A DNA stretch of 64,000 nt from Macrostomum lignano (lineage: Eukaryota): contig NIVC01004039.1 in assembly GCA_002269645.1 (NCBI GenBank), forward strand, positions 1 through 64,000, written 5' to 3'. Positions within the stretch are counted from its first letter, which is position 1; each line of letters opens with the position of its first letter. Below are positions 12,545-32,438 of this stretch, piece after piece. The notes under the pieces were generated by a model that saw only the letters and a list, made by a program, of their open reading frames with translations, had not been told where the DNA came from and ran no database searches. Made by a program: the position numbers and the translations under genes.

Positions 12545-13575
12545 TATGCCACATGCTGAGATTATTTGGAAATATCATGTGCACTGCATGCTGCATAGGC
12601 CTACCTAAGGCCTTATTTGCATTGTGCACCATATGTGAAGCATTGACTAGGAGGAAAGGGTTGAAAGTGAAAATGTGCTCATATTTTAATAACCACTTTG
12701 CTCTCATGCTTATATAAATGCAGCGAAGCCTATTTAAACAAATTAAATATTTTTTATTGATTGGATTACTTTTTTGTCTTTTTTTGCTACAAAGTAACAA
12801 AAAAAGCTATTATATTATAATTATTTAACAAAAATTTTATAATTAAAATATCAAAAATAATAATTAGAATCAAGATTTTACCAATTAAATTTTTCATAGT
12901 CTAGCTAAATCCAAACCTTTAATTTTATTTTCAAATCTATTTTGCATGTGGCTAATAAGCCTTAAAGCCTTAAAAAATTTCCTGTTAACCTTCTAACTAG
13001 TGTTCTATTATAAGGAGGGTCTATGTGCCATAGCCATAGCCATAAGCAAAATATATGGCTTATTCCAATTCCAATTCTCTATATTCCTTAGCTAGCTGTA
13101 GGGACCCCAATATTACCATATTCCTATATCTAAGTCTATAATACAGTTTACTAAAGTATTTTTGTTTTATTCTACCTGTTTCTAATATTTTTTTAAATTA
13201 ACAACTATGGCTATATGAATCTACAGAATATGACATCAACTACCATATTTCTATAGTTGTAGCTATAAGAGCAGCATATCTACCAAAGGCAATCCATAAT
13301 TGCTATAAGCACCTATTTTACCATAGGCCCCCCTTATTTGTATGCCGCATGCTAAGATTATTTGGAAATATCATATGCACTGCATGCCACATAGGACTAC
13401 CTAAGGCCTTATCTGCATCGTGCGCCATATGTAAAGCATTGACTAGGAGGAAGGGGTTGAAAATGAAAATGTGCTCATATTTTAAAAACCACTTTGCTCT
13501 CATGCTTATATAAATGCAGCAAAGCCTATTTAAACAAATTAAATATTTTCCATTGATTGGATTACTTTTTTGTCT
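12545..13575 (+). repeat. Dispersed direct duplication of ~235 bp (12545-12781 and 13342-13575)
   Basis: The two segments align by eye at roughly 90% (e.g. gattatttggaaatatca...ctttgctctcatgcttatataaatgcagc...gattggattacttttttgtctt). Confidence 0.9.
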
Positions 13576-14893
13576 TATTTGCCAAAGGATCCCATAGCTA
13601 TAGCATTAGCATTTTAGCAATTCTCCCTAAGAGTCATTATAGCATTATAGCAATCTCTTCCAAGCTTTGACAGTGCAGCAATTCCCAAATGAATCTCTTA
13701 ACTTCAACATGACACTTTTTCTATCAATGACCCCCCTTATAAAGAGCCAACAAATAATGTAATTAAAAGTTTTGAATAAACTACATTTACTGTAGCTTCT
13801 GACTTTAGCCTTGATATCTTAGTTATTCTCCCATAAGCTATGTATAGCTATATACCTTGGGCCTAGCCTTAGGAAAAAGTAATTTAGTAAATCCAATGTT
13901 AATAGGCAAAATATAAATTTTACAAATTTTAAAAACAAAAAACAAATAAGGATTTTTTAAACTTTAATTTATAGTGAGGCCTAAGCTAAAAATATTTGTT
14001 TTAATATTGATTATTAATAACTTAGTTTTAACATAATATCAAAATTTACCTATATCTATGATAACTATATCTAATTAATTAACTTTAGTCCCTGCTAAAC
14101 AAACCATAATATGCATTTGGTATAAAAAGTAAAGTAAAGAAAAGTAAATAGTACAATAAAATGTAAATTTTCTTAAATCTGATTGATCCTAATGACTGTA
14201 TAAGTAGGATTTAGAGCTCATTTTGTATAGGAAATGAAAATATCTATCTTAACTTAAACCTTTTAGTATATAACCCCAACCACACAATATACATATATAG
14301 AGCTTTGTTGTTTTTTAGTCTTTGACCTTAAGATATTTAAAAGCTCTCCTTATCTTTCTATTAAAAGTGAAAACATAACTTTAGCTCCCTTCAATATATA
14401 AGTTCTAAGAAATTTGATAGGATAAAAAACCTGTCTTTGGAAAGATTCCAATATCTTCCTACCTCTAGCCAAAAGTATCTTGACCCCTTAAAATAGCTAA
14501 CTATCAATATTTCATATATCTTTACTATGTCTACTTTAGTCATTAAAATATAAAGTTAGTCATTTGATCACTCAAATAACCTCATTCAGTCAATATGATC
14601 TCAAGGAATGCTAGATGGTTTTTATCCCCTTGTATATATTGTAGCCTTCATAGAGCTTCCTAGAGTATTGTATTTTAGTCCTTTATCTTAACTAATTAAT
14701 TTTTACACTGGCTATGGACATTTGCAATTGCATGAATGTCAATACCCACTGCATTGAATAAACAGGCAATTACCAGAGATTATATAATGCTAATTTATCA
14801 TATCCATGCATGCTTAATCATATCTAAACTTGTTTTGCAAATCAAAAATAGCATTGAAAAAGCTTTCCCTATCAGTGAAACTGCACACAATAG

Positions 14894-22421
<7,528 letters not shown>

Positions 22422-22632
22422 CCAAGTTGCTTATATGTTCAGTAATTTTGTTTATCTATTTATGAGTAGTCTGTTGTGCCACATCCTGTGTGTCTCGTTG
22501 CGTAAGTTTTCTCTTGGAGCCGAAATTCTGCTGGTTAAGGGAGGGGGCTTTTTGGGGCTTGATTCTAACGTAATTGTTTTTAATTCAGTTTCTTCTAAGT
22601 TGTCGGGTTATGTATCCGTAATAATTGTCGCC

Positions 22633-23403
22633 GTATCCATGGCAACTATCTCTGTATCAATGGTAACAATCTGGTATCCGTGTAAAAAGAGAACATTTCA
22701 ACCGTAACCTACAGTCTCCGTAACCAAGGTAATGGTTCCCGAATTCATGGTTATGAGTTCCGTAACCATGGTAACAGTCCTGTATCTATGGTAACAAGCT
22801 TCATATCTATGGTAACAAGCTTCATATCCATGGTGACAAGCTTCATCCATGGTAACAAGCTTCATCCATGGTAACAAGCTTCATATCCATGGTAACAAGC
22901 TCTGTAACCATGGTAACAAGCTCTGTAACCATGGTAACAGTCCCCATATCCATGGTTACAATCTCCGTAACCATGGTAACAGTCCCATCCCCATATCCAT
23001 GGTTACAATCTCCGTAACCATGGTAACAGTCCCATCCCGATATCTATGGTTACAATCTCCGTAACCATGGTAACAGTCCCATCCCCATATCCATGGTTAC
23101 AATCTCCGTAACCATGGTAACAGTCCCATCCCGATATCTATGGTTACAATCTCCGTAACCATGGTAACAGTCCCATCCCCATATCCATGGTTACAATCTC
23201 CGTAACCATGGTAACAGTCCCATCCCGATATCTATGGTTACAATCTCCGTAACCATGGTAACAGTCCCATCCCCATATCCATGGTTACAATCTCCGTAAC
23301 CATGGTAACAGTCCCATCCCGATATCTATGGTTACAATCTCCGTAACCATGGTAACAGTCCCATCCCGATATCTATGGTTACAATCTCCGTAACCATGGT
23401 AAC
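22633..23403. repeat. X-box-bearing repeat array 3' of SRP54 (18-21-bp units, then a 47-bp unit x10)
   Basis: 47-bp unit ccatggtaacagtcccatccccatatccatggttacaatctccgtaa. Exact GTAACCATGGTAAC at 22762, 22904, 22925 and every 47 bp from 22967 to 23390. Confidence 0.93.
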
Positions 23404-24495
23404 AGTTATTAGTCACCATTTTCCTAGTTGATGTCAGTATTGTTACGAGAAGAACTCGTGAAAAGTTGTAATATCTGATTGCCTTGAAGCAGAATTTCTT
23501 ACCCCAGTGGCTAAGATGAAAGAAATTAATTCTGAGTTCGTTTTGTTTTTTTGTTTAAACTTGCTTCATTGAATTTATTGAAAAGTGGCGTCCTGCTCTC
23601 TGTGTCATTTCCTCTTATCTGTGCCCTCCAGCGTCATTTGATATTGTGTTCTACTAGACTAACTGAACAGTTGCAGGTATTCTGTCTATCCGGAACGGAT
23701 TTCCGTGGTGAATGGGTTTTGCGGGTCTGTTTAGAGTATGTATATGCATGTCAGAGAGCCAGCTCTCCGCTGCTTTGCCTATCGTATTTTATTACTTTTT
23801 TCATGTGTTTGCCTGCCTACTAATGTAACTGTAAATGGCTACTGTCAGTAGTGTAGCCGGCGTTCATTCTCTCCTATTTTCGCATACTTGACAACATATA
23901 TTCATACTACAGAGCATGCCTTCATCAATTGAGTATGGATTAAGTTTTTTATGGATTCTGTTAATTATAACTCTAATGTGCTTGTACTACTACTTTCTTG
24001 CTGTGCAAACTAAATAGCTTTGTAATCGAGTGAAATCAAAATTTAACTAATTGCATGGCATAACCATCCAGTTGAAATACTGGCGTGTTTCAATTGACAC
24101 ATTCCCGACACAGTTTCTCTCTGGTTGTGTCGCCTGTCAACCTGCAATCAATATTCTAGCTACGGTTCTCTGTCTGCTCAGCTTATCTAACTCGCTTTAA
24201 TTGCCTGCTGGTAGAGATCTCTTGTGCTTTTCATGTTGGCTCACTAGCTGTCCCCCTGATAGAGAGACTTTTTGCCTTGCCCTGTCCGTGTAATTGTCCT
24301 GCTCTCTTGGCGTGATTCAATTATATAATAAACTGATTGCTTCATTCTGTTGGCCCTAAAGATTTCTGCTGGATTCGTGGTTGGATAAATTAAAAATGAG
24401 ATTCTAAGAAAGTGATATTTCTTGTGTTTATATATTTAGGCATTAAACATCCGGGCTCTGCAGCTTTTGACTGCCAGCCACAGTTTCACTGCGAA

Positions 24496-25105
24496 CCTAA
24501 ACCCTCTAACCTAAACCCTACCCTTTAATCTAAACCCTACCCCCTAACCTAAACCCTACCCCCTAACCTAAACCCTACCCCCTAACCTAAACGCTACCCC
24601 TAACCTAAACCCTACCCCTAACCTAAACCCTACCCCCTAACCTAAACCCTACCCCCTAACCTAAACCCTACCCCCTAACCTAAACCCTACCCCCTAACCT
24701 AAACGCTACCCCCTAACCTAAACCCTACCCCCTAACCTAAACCCTACCCCCTAACCTAAACCCTACCCCCTAACCTAAACCCTACCCCCTAACCTAAACC
24801 CTACCCCCTAACCTAAACCCTACCCTCTAACCTAAACCCTACTCTCTAATCTAAACCCTACCCCCTAACCTAAACCCTACCCCCTAACCTAAACCCTACC
24901 CCCTAACCTAAACCCTACCCCCTAACCTAAACCCTACCCCCTAACCTAAACCCTACCCCTAACCTAAACCCTACCCCCTAACCTAAACCCTACCCCCTAA
25001 CCCAAACCCTACTTCCTAACCTAAACCCTACCCTCTAACCTAAACCCTACTTCCTAACCTAAACCCTACTTCCTAACCTAGACCCTACCCCTAACCTAAG
25101 CCCTA
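24496..25105. repeat. 18-19-bp telomere-like C-rich repeat, ~33 copies
   Basis: Unit taacctaaaccctacccc(c); the minus strand is GGGGTAGGGTTTAGGTTA. Confidence 0.95.
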
Positions 25106-25614
25106 CCCGCATCCCTGCTACAGATAAATATCGCTGCATCCAGCAGGACTTAATGTACATGCTAAACTTTCAGGCACTAAACTGTGAATTTCTGTTAGTT
25201 CGTTGAGGAACAAATTTCTCTAATGGCAGTCCCAGTGTGGCAAAGGAAATTGGAATCTTTCTCAGTGCGCAGTTCTAAAATTAGCGGCCGAAGTAAATGC
25301 CGAGACAGACAGTTGTTGATTTTCACAGTTGCAGCGGATCCGCGGAATGCGGCAGCTTGCTTCGGCTATTTGCCGGCAGTTTAAGAGTGACGGCTCTCCC
25401 TCATCTCTCTGCATGGCTAAAGTTGAATTCTTAGCCTCTGAAGGCTGTCCAAATCCCTCAGACAGTTCTTGTCAGAAATGTTACTCCTTTGAAGGCGTGC
25501 ATGCGGTTAAACTGTGATTCGGGCAGTCTTTAAAGCCCTCTCCCTGAAACTGCCGAGGAGAGCTAAAATGATAGGATCTGAAATCTACTGAGGGGGTACC
25601 AGATACAAAGAGGG

Positions 25615-25830
25615 CGCCAGCTACGAAGGGGATTCCAGCTACAGAGGGGGACCAGCTACAGAGGGAGGCACCAGCTACAGATGGGGCACCAGCTACAGAG
25701 GGAGGCACCAGCTACAGATGGGGCACCAGCTACAGAGGGAGGCACCAGCTACAGATGGGGCACCAGCTACAGAGGGAGGCACCAGCTACAGATGGGGCAC
25801 CAGCTATAGAGGGGGTTCCAGCTACAGAGC
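25615..25830. repeat. 18/19-bp alternating minisatellite
   Basis: ccagctacagagggaggca / ccagctacagatggggca. Confidence 0.9.
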
Positions 25831-26337
25831 GGGCACCAGGAATGAGCTCTTATAATACTGAAGTCAGTTTTTGTTTAATACAAAATCAAGCTTGGAATTT
25901 TTTGATATGACTATTTTACGCCCGATTCTTATCACCGGATCTCCCAGACGGAGAAATATACGCGGCACGTGACAAAATGTTTTCGAATGTCCTCTTTTGG
26001 GGCAGTTGAAAAAGTGGTGCGTCAGAGTCAGTTTGGTATGGGTGTACTTTTGCATCTGGGCTAGCTATTTTAAGTAACAGCAAAGGTGAATCCTTCACAC
26101 GTATCTGCAGTTCATTGGGTTCGAAAAGAGTTTGATATTAAATTCCGCCTTAGCTAAGAACTTTCGTTCTGCTGCACTAGAGCGGAAATTAAGCGCGTTG
26201 CTTTCGGCATAACCCGGCAGTGCGCAGTGTCTGACAATTGGTTCGCATCGCATTTCTGGCGTTAAAGTTTTGCTTTTTGAGCTGCCATTACATTTCTACT
26301 CTCAGTTGATAGTGAAATTGGTTTTTCTGATGCCATT

Positions 26338-29300
26338 GGTGCCATTACAGTTGAGGTGGTGCCATTTTAGTTGAGGTGGTGCCATTTCAGTTGAGGTGGT
26401 GCCATTTCAGTTGAGGTGGTGCCATTACAGTTGAGGTGGTGCCATTTTAGTTGAGGTGGTGCCATTTCAGTTGAGGTGGTGCCATTTCAGTTGAGGTGGT
26501 GCCATTTTAGTTGAGGTGGTGCCATTTCAGTTGAGGTGGTGCCATTTCAGTTGAGGTGGTGCCATTTCAGTTGAGGTGGTGCCATTTCAGTTGAGGTGGT
26601 GCCATTTCAGTTGAGGTGGTGCCATTTCAGTTGAGGTGGTGCCATTACAGTTGAGGTGGTGCCATTTCAGTTGAGGTGGTGCCATTTCAGTTGAGGTGGT
26701 GCCATTTCAGTTGAGGTGGTGCCATTACAGTTGAGGTGGTGCCATTTTAGTTGAGGTGGTGCCATTTCAGTTGAGGTGGTGCCATTTCAGTTGAGGTGGT
26801 GCCATTTCAGTTGAGGTGGTGCCATTTCAGTTGAGGTGGTGCCATTTCAGTTAAGGTGGTGCCATTTCAGTTGAGGTGGTGCCATTTCAGTTAAGGTGGC
26901 GCCATTTCAGTTAAGGTGGCGTCATTTCAGTTAAGGTGGCGCCATTTCAGTTAAGGTGGCGCCATTTCAGTTAAGGTGGCGTCATTTCAGTTAAGGTGGC
27001 GCCATTTCAGTTAAGGTGGTGCCATTTCAGTTGAGGTGGTGCCATTTCAGTTGAGGTGGTGCCATTTCAGTTGAGGTGGTGCCATTACAGTTGAGGTGGT
27101 GCCATTTTAGTTGAGGTGGTGCCATTTCAGTTGAGGTGGTGCCATTTCAGTTGAGGTGGTGCCATTTCAGTTGAGGTGGTGCCATTTCAGTTGAGGTGGT
27201 GCCATTTCAGTTAAGGTGGTGCCATTTCAGTTGAGGTGGTGCCATTTCAGTTGAGGTGGTGCCATTACAGTTGAGGTGGTGCCATTTTAGTTGAGGTGGT
27301 GCCATTTCAGTTGAGGTGGTGCCATTTCAGTTGAGGTGGTGCCATTTCAGTTGAGGTGGTGCCATTTCAGTTGAGGTGGTGCCATTTCAGTTAAGGTGGT
27401 GCCATTTCAGTTGAGGTGGTGCCATTTCAGTTGAGGTGGTGCCATTTCAGTTGAGGTGGTGCCATTTCAGTTGAGGTGGTGCCATTACAGTTGAGGTGGT
27501 GCCATTTTAGTTGAGGTGGTGCCATTTCAGTTGAGGTGGTGCCATTTCAGTTGAGGTGGTGCCATTTCAGTTGAGGTGGTGCCATTTCAGTTGAGGTGGT
27601 GCCATTTCAGTTAAGGTGGTGCCATTTCAGTTGAGGTGGTGCCATTTCAGTTGAGGTGGTGCCATTACAGTTGAGGTGGTGCCATTTTAGTTGAGGTGGT
27701 GCCATTTCAGTTGAGGTGGTGCCATTTCAGTTGAGGTGGTGCCATTTCAGTTGAGGTGGTGCCATTTCAGTTGAGGTGGTGCCATTTCAGTTAAGGTGGC
27801 GCCATTTCAGTTAAGGTGGCGTCATTTCAGTTAAGGTGGCGCCATTTCAGTTAAGGTGGCGCCATTTCAGTTAAGGTGGCGTCATTTCAGTTAAGGTGGC
27901 GCCATTTCAGTTAAGGTGGTGCCATTTCAGTTTGAGAGAGGCGCCATTTCAGTTAAGGTGGCGCCATTTCAGTTAAGGTGGTGCCATTTCAGTTAAGGTG
28001 GCGCCATTTTAATTGAGGTGGCGCCATTTCAGTTAAAGTGGCGCTATTTCAGTTGAGGTGGCGCCATTTAAGTTGAGGTGGTGCCATTTCAGTTGAGGTG
28101 GTGCCATTTCAGTTGAGGTGGTGCCATTTCAGTTGAGGTGGTGCCATTTTAGTTGAGGTGGTGCCATTTCAGTTGAGGTGGTGCCATTTCAGTTGAGGTG
28201 GTGCCATTTCAGTTGAGGTGGTGCCATTTCAGTTGAGGTGGTGCCATTACAGTTGAGGTGGTGCCATTTTAGTTGAGGTGGTGCCATTTCAGTTGAGGTG
28301 GTGCCATTTCAGTTGAGGTGGTGCCATTTCAGTTGAGGTGGTGCCATTTCAGTTGAGGTGGTGCCATTTCAGTTAAGGTGGTGCCATTTCAGTTGAGGTG
28401 GTGCCATTTCAGTTGAGGTGGTGCCATTACAGTTGAGGTGGTGCCATTTTAGTTGAGGTGGTGCCATTTCAGTTGAGGTGGTGCCATTTCAGTTGAGGTG
28501 GTGCCATTTCAGTTGAGGTGGTGCCATTTCAGTTAAGGTGGTGCCATTTCAGTTAAGGTGGTGCCATTTCAGTTAAGGTGGTGCCATTTCAGTTAAGGTG
28601 GCGCCATTTCAGTTAAGGTGGCGTCATTTCAGTTAAGGTGGCGCCATTTCAGTTAAGGTGGCGCCATTTCAGTTAAGGTGGCGCCATTTCAGTTAAGGTG
28701 GTGCCATTTCAGTTTGAGAGAGGCGCCATTTCAGTTAAGGTGGCGCCATTTCAGTTAAGGTGGTGCCATTTCAGTTAAGGTGGCGCCATTTTAATTGAGG
28801 TGGCGCCATTTCAGTTAAGGTGGCGCTATTTCAGTTGAGGTGGCGCCATTTAAGTTGAGGTGGCGCCATTTCAGTTTGAGAGAGGCGCCATTTCAGTTAA
28901 GGTGGTGCCCTTTCAGTTAAGGTGGTGCCATTTCAGTTGAGGTGGTGCCATTTCAGTTGAGGTGGTGCCATTTCAGTTGAGGTGGTGCCATTTCAGTTAA
29001 GGTGGTGCCATTTCAGTTGAGGTGGTGCCCTTTCAGTTAAGGTGGTGCCCTTTCAGTTAAGGTGGCGCCATTTCAGTTGAGGTGGCGCCATTTCAGTTAA
29101 GGTGGTGCCATTTCAGTTGAGGTGGTGCCCTTTCAGTTAAGGTGGTGCCCTTTCAGTTAAGGTGGCGCCATTTCAGTTGAGGTGGCGCCATTTCAGTTAA
29201 GGTGGCGCTATTTCAGTTGAGGTGGCGCCATTTCAGTTAAGGTGGCGCTATTTCAGTTGAGGTGGCGCCATTTAAGTTGAGGTGGCGCCATTTCAGTTGA

Positions 29301-29490
29301 TGGGGCGCCATTTCAGTTAAGGTGGTGCCATTTCAGTTAAGGTGGCGCCATTTCAGTTAAGGTGGCGCCATTTCAGTTAAGGTGGCGTCATTTCAGTTAA
29401 GGTGGCGTCATTTCAGTTAAGGTGGCGCCATTTCAGTTAAGGTGGCGCCATTTCAGTTTGAGAGAGGCGCCATTTCAGTTGAGGGGGGCG
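26338..29490. repeat. 20-bp satellite, ~157 copies (3.15 kb), intergenic
   Basis: Unit gccatttcagttgaggtggt, with variants ttaagg, ggcgcc and tttgagagagg. Confidence 0.98.
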
Positions 29491-29854
29491 CCAGCACCAG
29501 AGGCACCAGCACCAGGGGCGCCAGCATCTCTAATAACTACCAATACTAAATAAGTTGGTAATAAAAAATCGCTTGAGTCGCTGCAATGGATTGAGCAACT
29601 GCTCATTAGTTAATAATTCCGAGCTGATATTTTTATTTAGTAGAGACAATTAACTTTTCAAAATGGTAAAATGTTTGTACACGCGCCATGCAGGGGGGGG
29701 ACTGCAGTGTGGCTTCGAATTCTGGCTTTTAAAATAATGTTTTTTTATCGCAAGCAGCAGAACTTTTTCTCCTTGCTGTGGAGTCGCTGTGGGGCCACTA
29801 CTTCAGCTGTGCTGAGTCTTTCAGACTGAATACTGAGGCAAAACTGGGTGGCAT

Positions 29855-31333
29855 TCAATTTCTAGGAAAGCCATCGCGCAGGTCGGCTTGGATGGAGTTC
29901 TTCAGCCAGTCGAACAGCACGCTGACGCGCTGGAACACTCCGCTGTGATAGCCGCAGCCGCGCGGGTGCCCGAAGCTGGTGATGCCGTACAGGTACCAGC
30001 GCTCGGCGCCGTCGGGTGTGCCAGCCGGCTTGTCTGAGCAGAACAGGCCGCCGCCACTGTCGCCGGAGCAGGTGTCACTGCCGGAGGCTGAGGCGCACAC
30101 GTGAGTCAGCGGGTTGATGCGGACGCTGGTCCTGGCGTACTCCTCCTGACAGCGGCTGTTGTCAGTCAGGTACAGCCGGGCCTCCCGCAGCGTCGGCGAC
30201 ATTGGACCGTCTTCGGCTTTGCGGCCTTGCCGACCGAAACCGATGGCGGTGCACATCGTGTTGGTGGGGAGCTCCGACACCCGATGGCGCTCCGGCGGCA
30301 GGCAGGCAAGCTTGACGTGATTGCCGAGCGTCACCGGCCAGTCCAGCTTCAGCAGGGCCACGTCGTACTCCAGGTTGCCGGCCCGGATGCCCGGGTGTGT
30401 GCGGATCTTCACCACCCGCCGTGTCTGCTCGTTCGGGTGTTTTTCACGCGTGTCGTGGTCGCCAACCACTGCGTACACTTGACGCAACCTGTGATTGCCA
30501 ACAACGCAGTGCCTGGCGGTCAGCACGAACTGCGGATGGATCAGGGTGCCACCGCAGATCTGCTGGACACCGCCGTAGCGACGGTTGCGACGGTTGCGCA
30601 CCAGTCTGACCTGCGGGGTGGGTGTGCCATTGTGGTTGGATGGAACTGTCTCTGCTCTCTGCTCTCTCCTCTCTCCTCACATGCTTTCTAGCATGCGGAG
30701 TCAGCGAACTGGGCATGATGGCTTGCCGCCTCGCTGACTGCGGGTCGGCTGATGAGTGTCTGCGGCGCTAAAATGAGTGCCTGCGGCGCTATAGAAGCTG
30801 CAACTACAATCTGCAATCTTAGCTTTATGCATTTTTATACGGCTCAAAGGTGAGTTTCGAATTTTTTGTACTATTAATCGTGGCTTCTCTCAAAACAATG
30901 CAGGTCTAGTGGGGAGATCAAAGGGGTGGGGCAGACTCACGTGCCAAGGCCAGCTGTGCGGCTGCGACTCCACTCCGCCGAAGATTCTCTGCACCACGGG
31001 GTCGCGCCGTTGGCCGCATTCCACAGTGGTCAGATTGATGTTGATCAGGCAGTCCCCGGTGAAGCAGTCCTGCTGCTGGAAGATGTTATTGCAAGGCCAG
31101 AGAAAGTTTTTCGATTCGCAGGTCCGGCGCCTGTACTGCTTGCACTTGTTGGTGCAGAAGCCCCAGGCGTTCCACTCGCCGTAGGTAACGTAAGAGTCAT
31201 AAGCGTAAGCGCCGTCCGCGGCTGCAGAGGTCAGGCAGCAGCAGACGATGAGCATTAGGGCTACGACTAGCTGCGTCAATCGTATTGACGTCGATGCGGC
31301 TGCGGCAGCTGCCGGCGCAAATGCAGTGTTCAT
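29855..31333 (-). CDS. Secreted S1A trypsin-like serine protease with an N-terminal TSP1-like domain, ~382 aa
   Basis: Exons 31333-30941 and 30610-29855 (phase 0). Signal-peptide-like segment; WNAWGFC...C..YRRRTC TSP1-like motif; activation site R|IFGG; triad motifs TARHC, DVALL, DTCSGDSGGG with Asp at the S1 position. Confidence 0.92.
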
Positions 31334-32438
31334 ATTTCTGGTCCTGGAATTATTCCTGGATTTTCGATGCAGGGGATAGCGTACCGCCAAGCCACTACTG
31401 TGGAGGTCGGGAGCGAGGGCAGCTTTGGACTATCGGCCAATATATACACGTAAAGATTGCCGTTCCTTTATCTGTGCCCTGTTGGCCTGCCAGAAATACG
31501 TCAGCTAGGCTATAGCTAGCGCCCAAGCTTTCCTTTCCCTACCATCCCAGTGGCGTCTGCACCGCCAATCCTAAGAAAGATCTGAACGGGGCGCGGGATC
31601 GAAACTGTGTGGCGTCATTTGTTTATATGGCCCCATCCGAATGCGTAAGCGCATGCATGCACAGCCGCCCCCGATCTGCAGATGTTTTGACCTCTACATA
31701 CTGCAGTCAGCCCATCGACCATAGGCAAGACCTACTTGGCAATCAAGCGATATTGCTCTCTGAACGCAAATTATTTTATCTGTTGCAATGAATCATATGA
31801 TCTATTGCAGCTACGAATTTCATGCAAAGAAATTTCCGACTATCAAAGGCAAAAACTTCCGACACACTATATGCCTGTACCTGTATAATATGGGTAAAAA
31901 AGCCTTACAAACACTTCAAAAAAAGAAGTTTTGCATCACCCACAATGAATATACAGAATTTAATTGACTTACACATGTACGATATAAAATTCAATTACAA
32001 GTGTAACTGTAGGTCCCACTTATCTGATAAAAGCAAGCCTTTAGTGTTAGAAAGACCCTGGACCTACTCACTCTTTGTTTTAGTTTTGAAAATGCAAATT
32101 TAAATATTACAAATAGCTAGGATATTATTACTACATGTACATGTAGGCTACATAGTATATAAGGACCTGTACGGTACACATGTATACTGCCGAAGCTGAT
32201 GATCTGCACCTGTATCTAATTATAATGGCATCATGGAACAACAAACTGGGTAAATTCAGAATGTTGCGATGTACATGATGTACAATGCATTATGTATGCG
32301 CTTGTATAATGAAAAGACACCAAACTTAAAACTACAATATACTTAGCTTGCAGTGTGTCAGTGTTATATATTGCATATAGTAACTGCATTATACACTGCT
32401 GTGAAACCTTCCAGTTTGACAAATGGAGATGATCAGAT

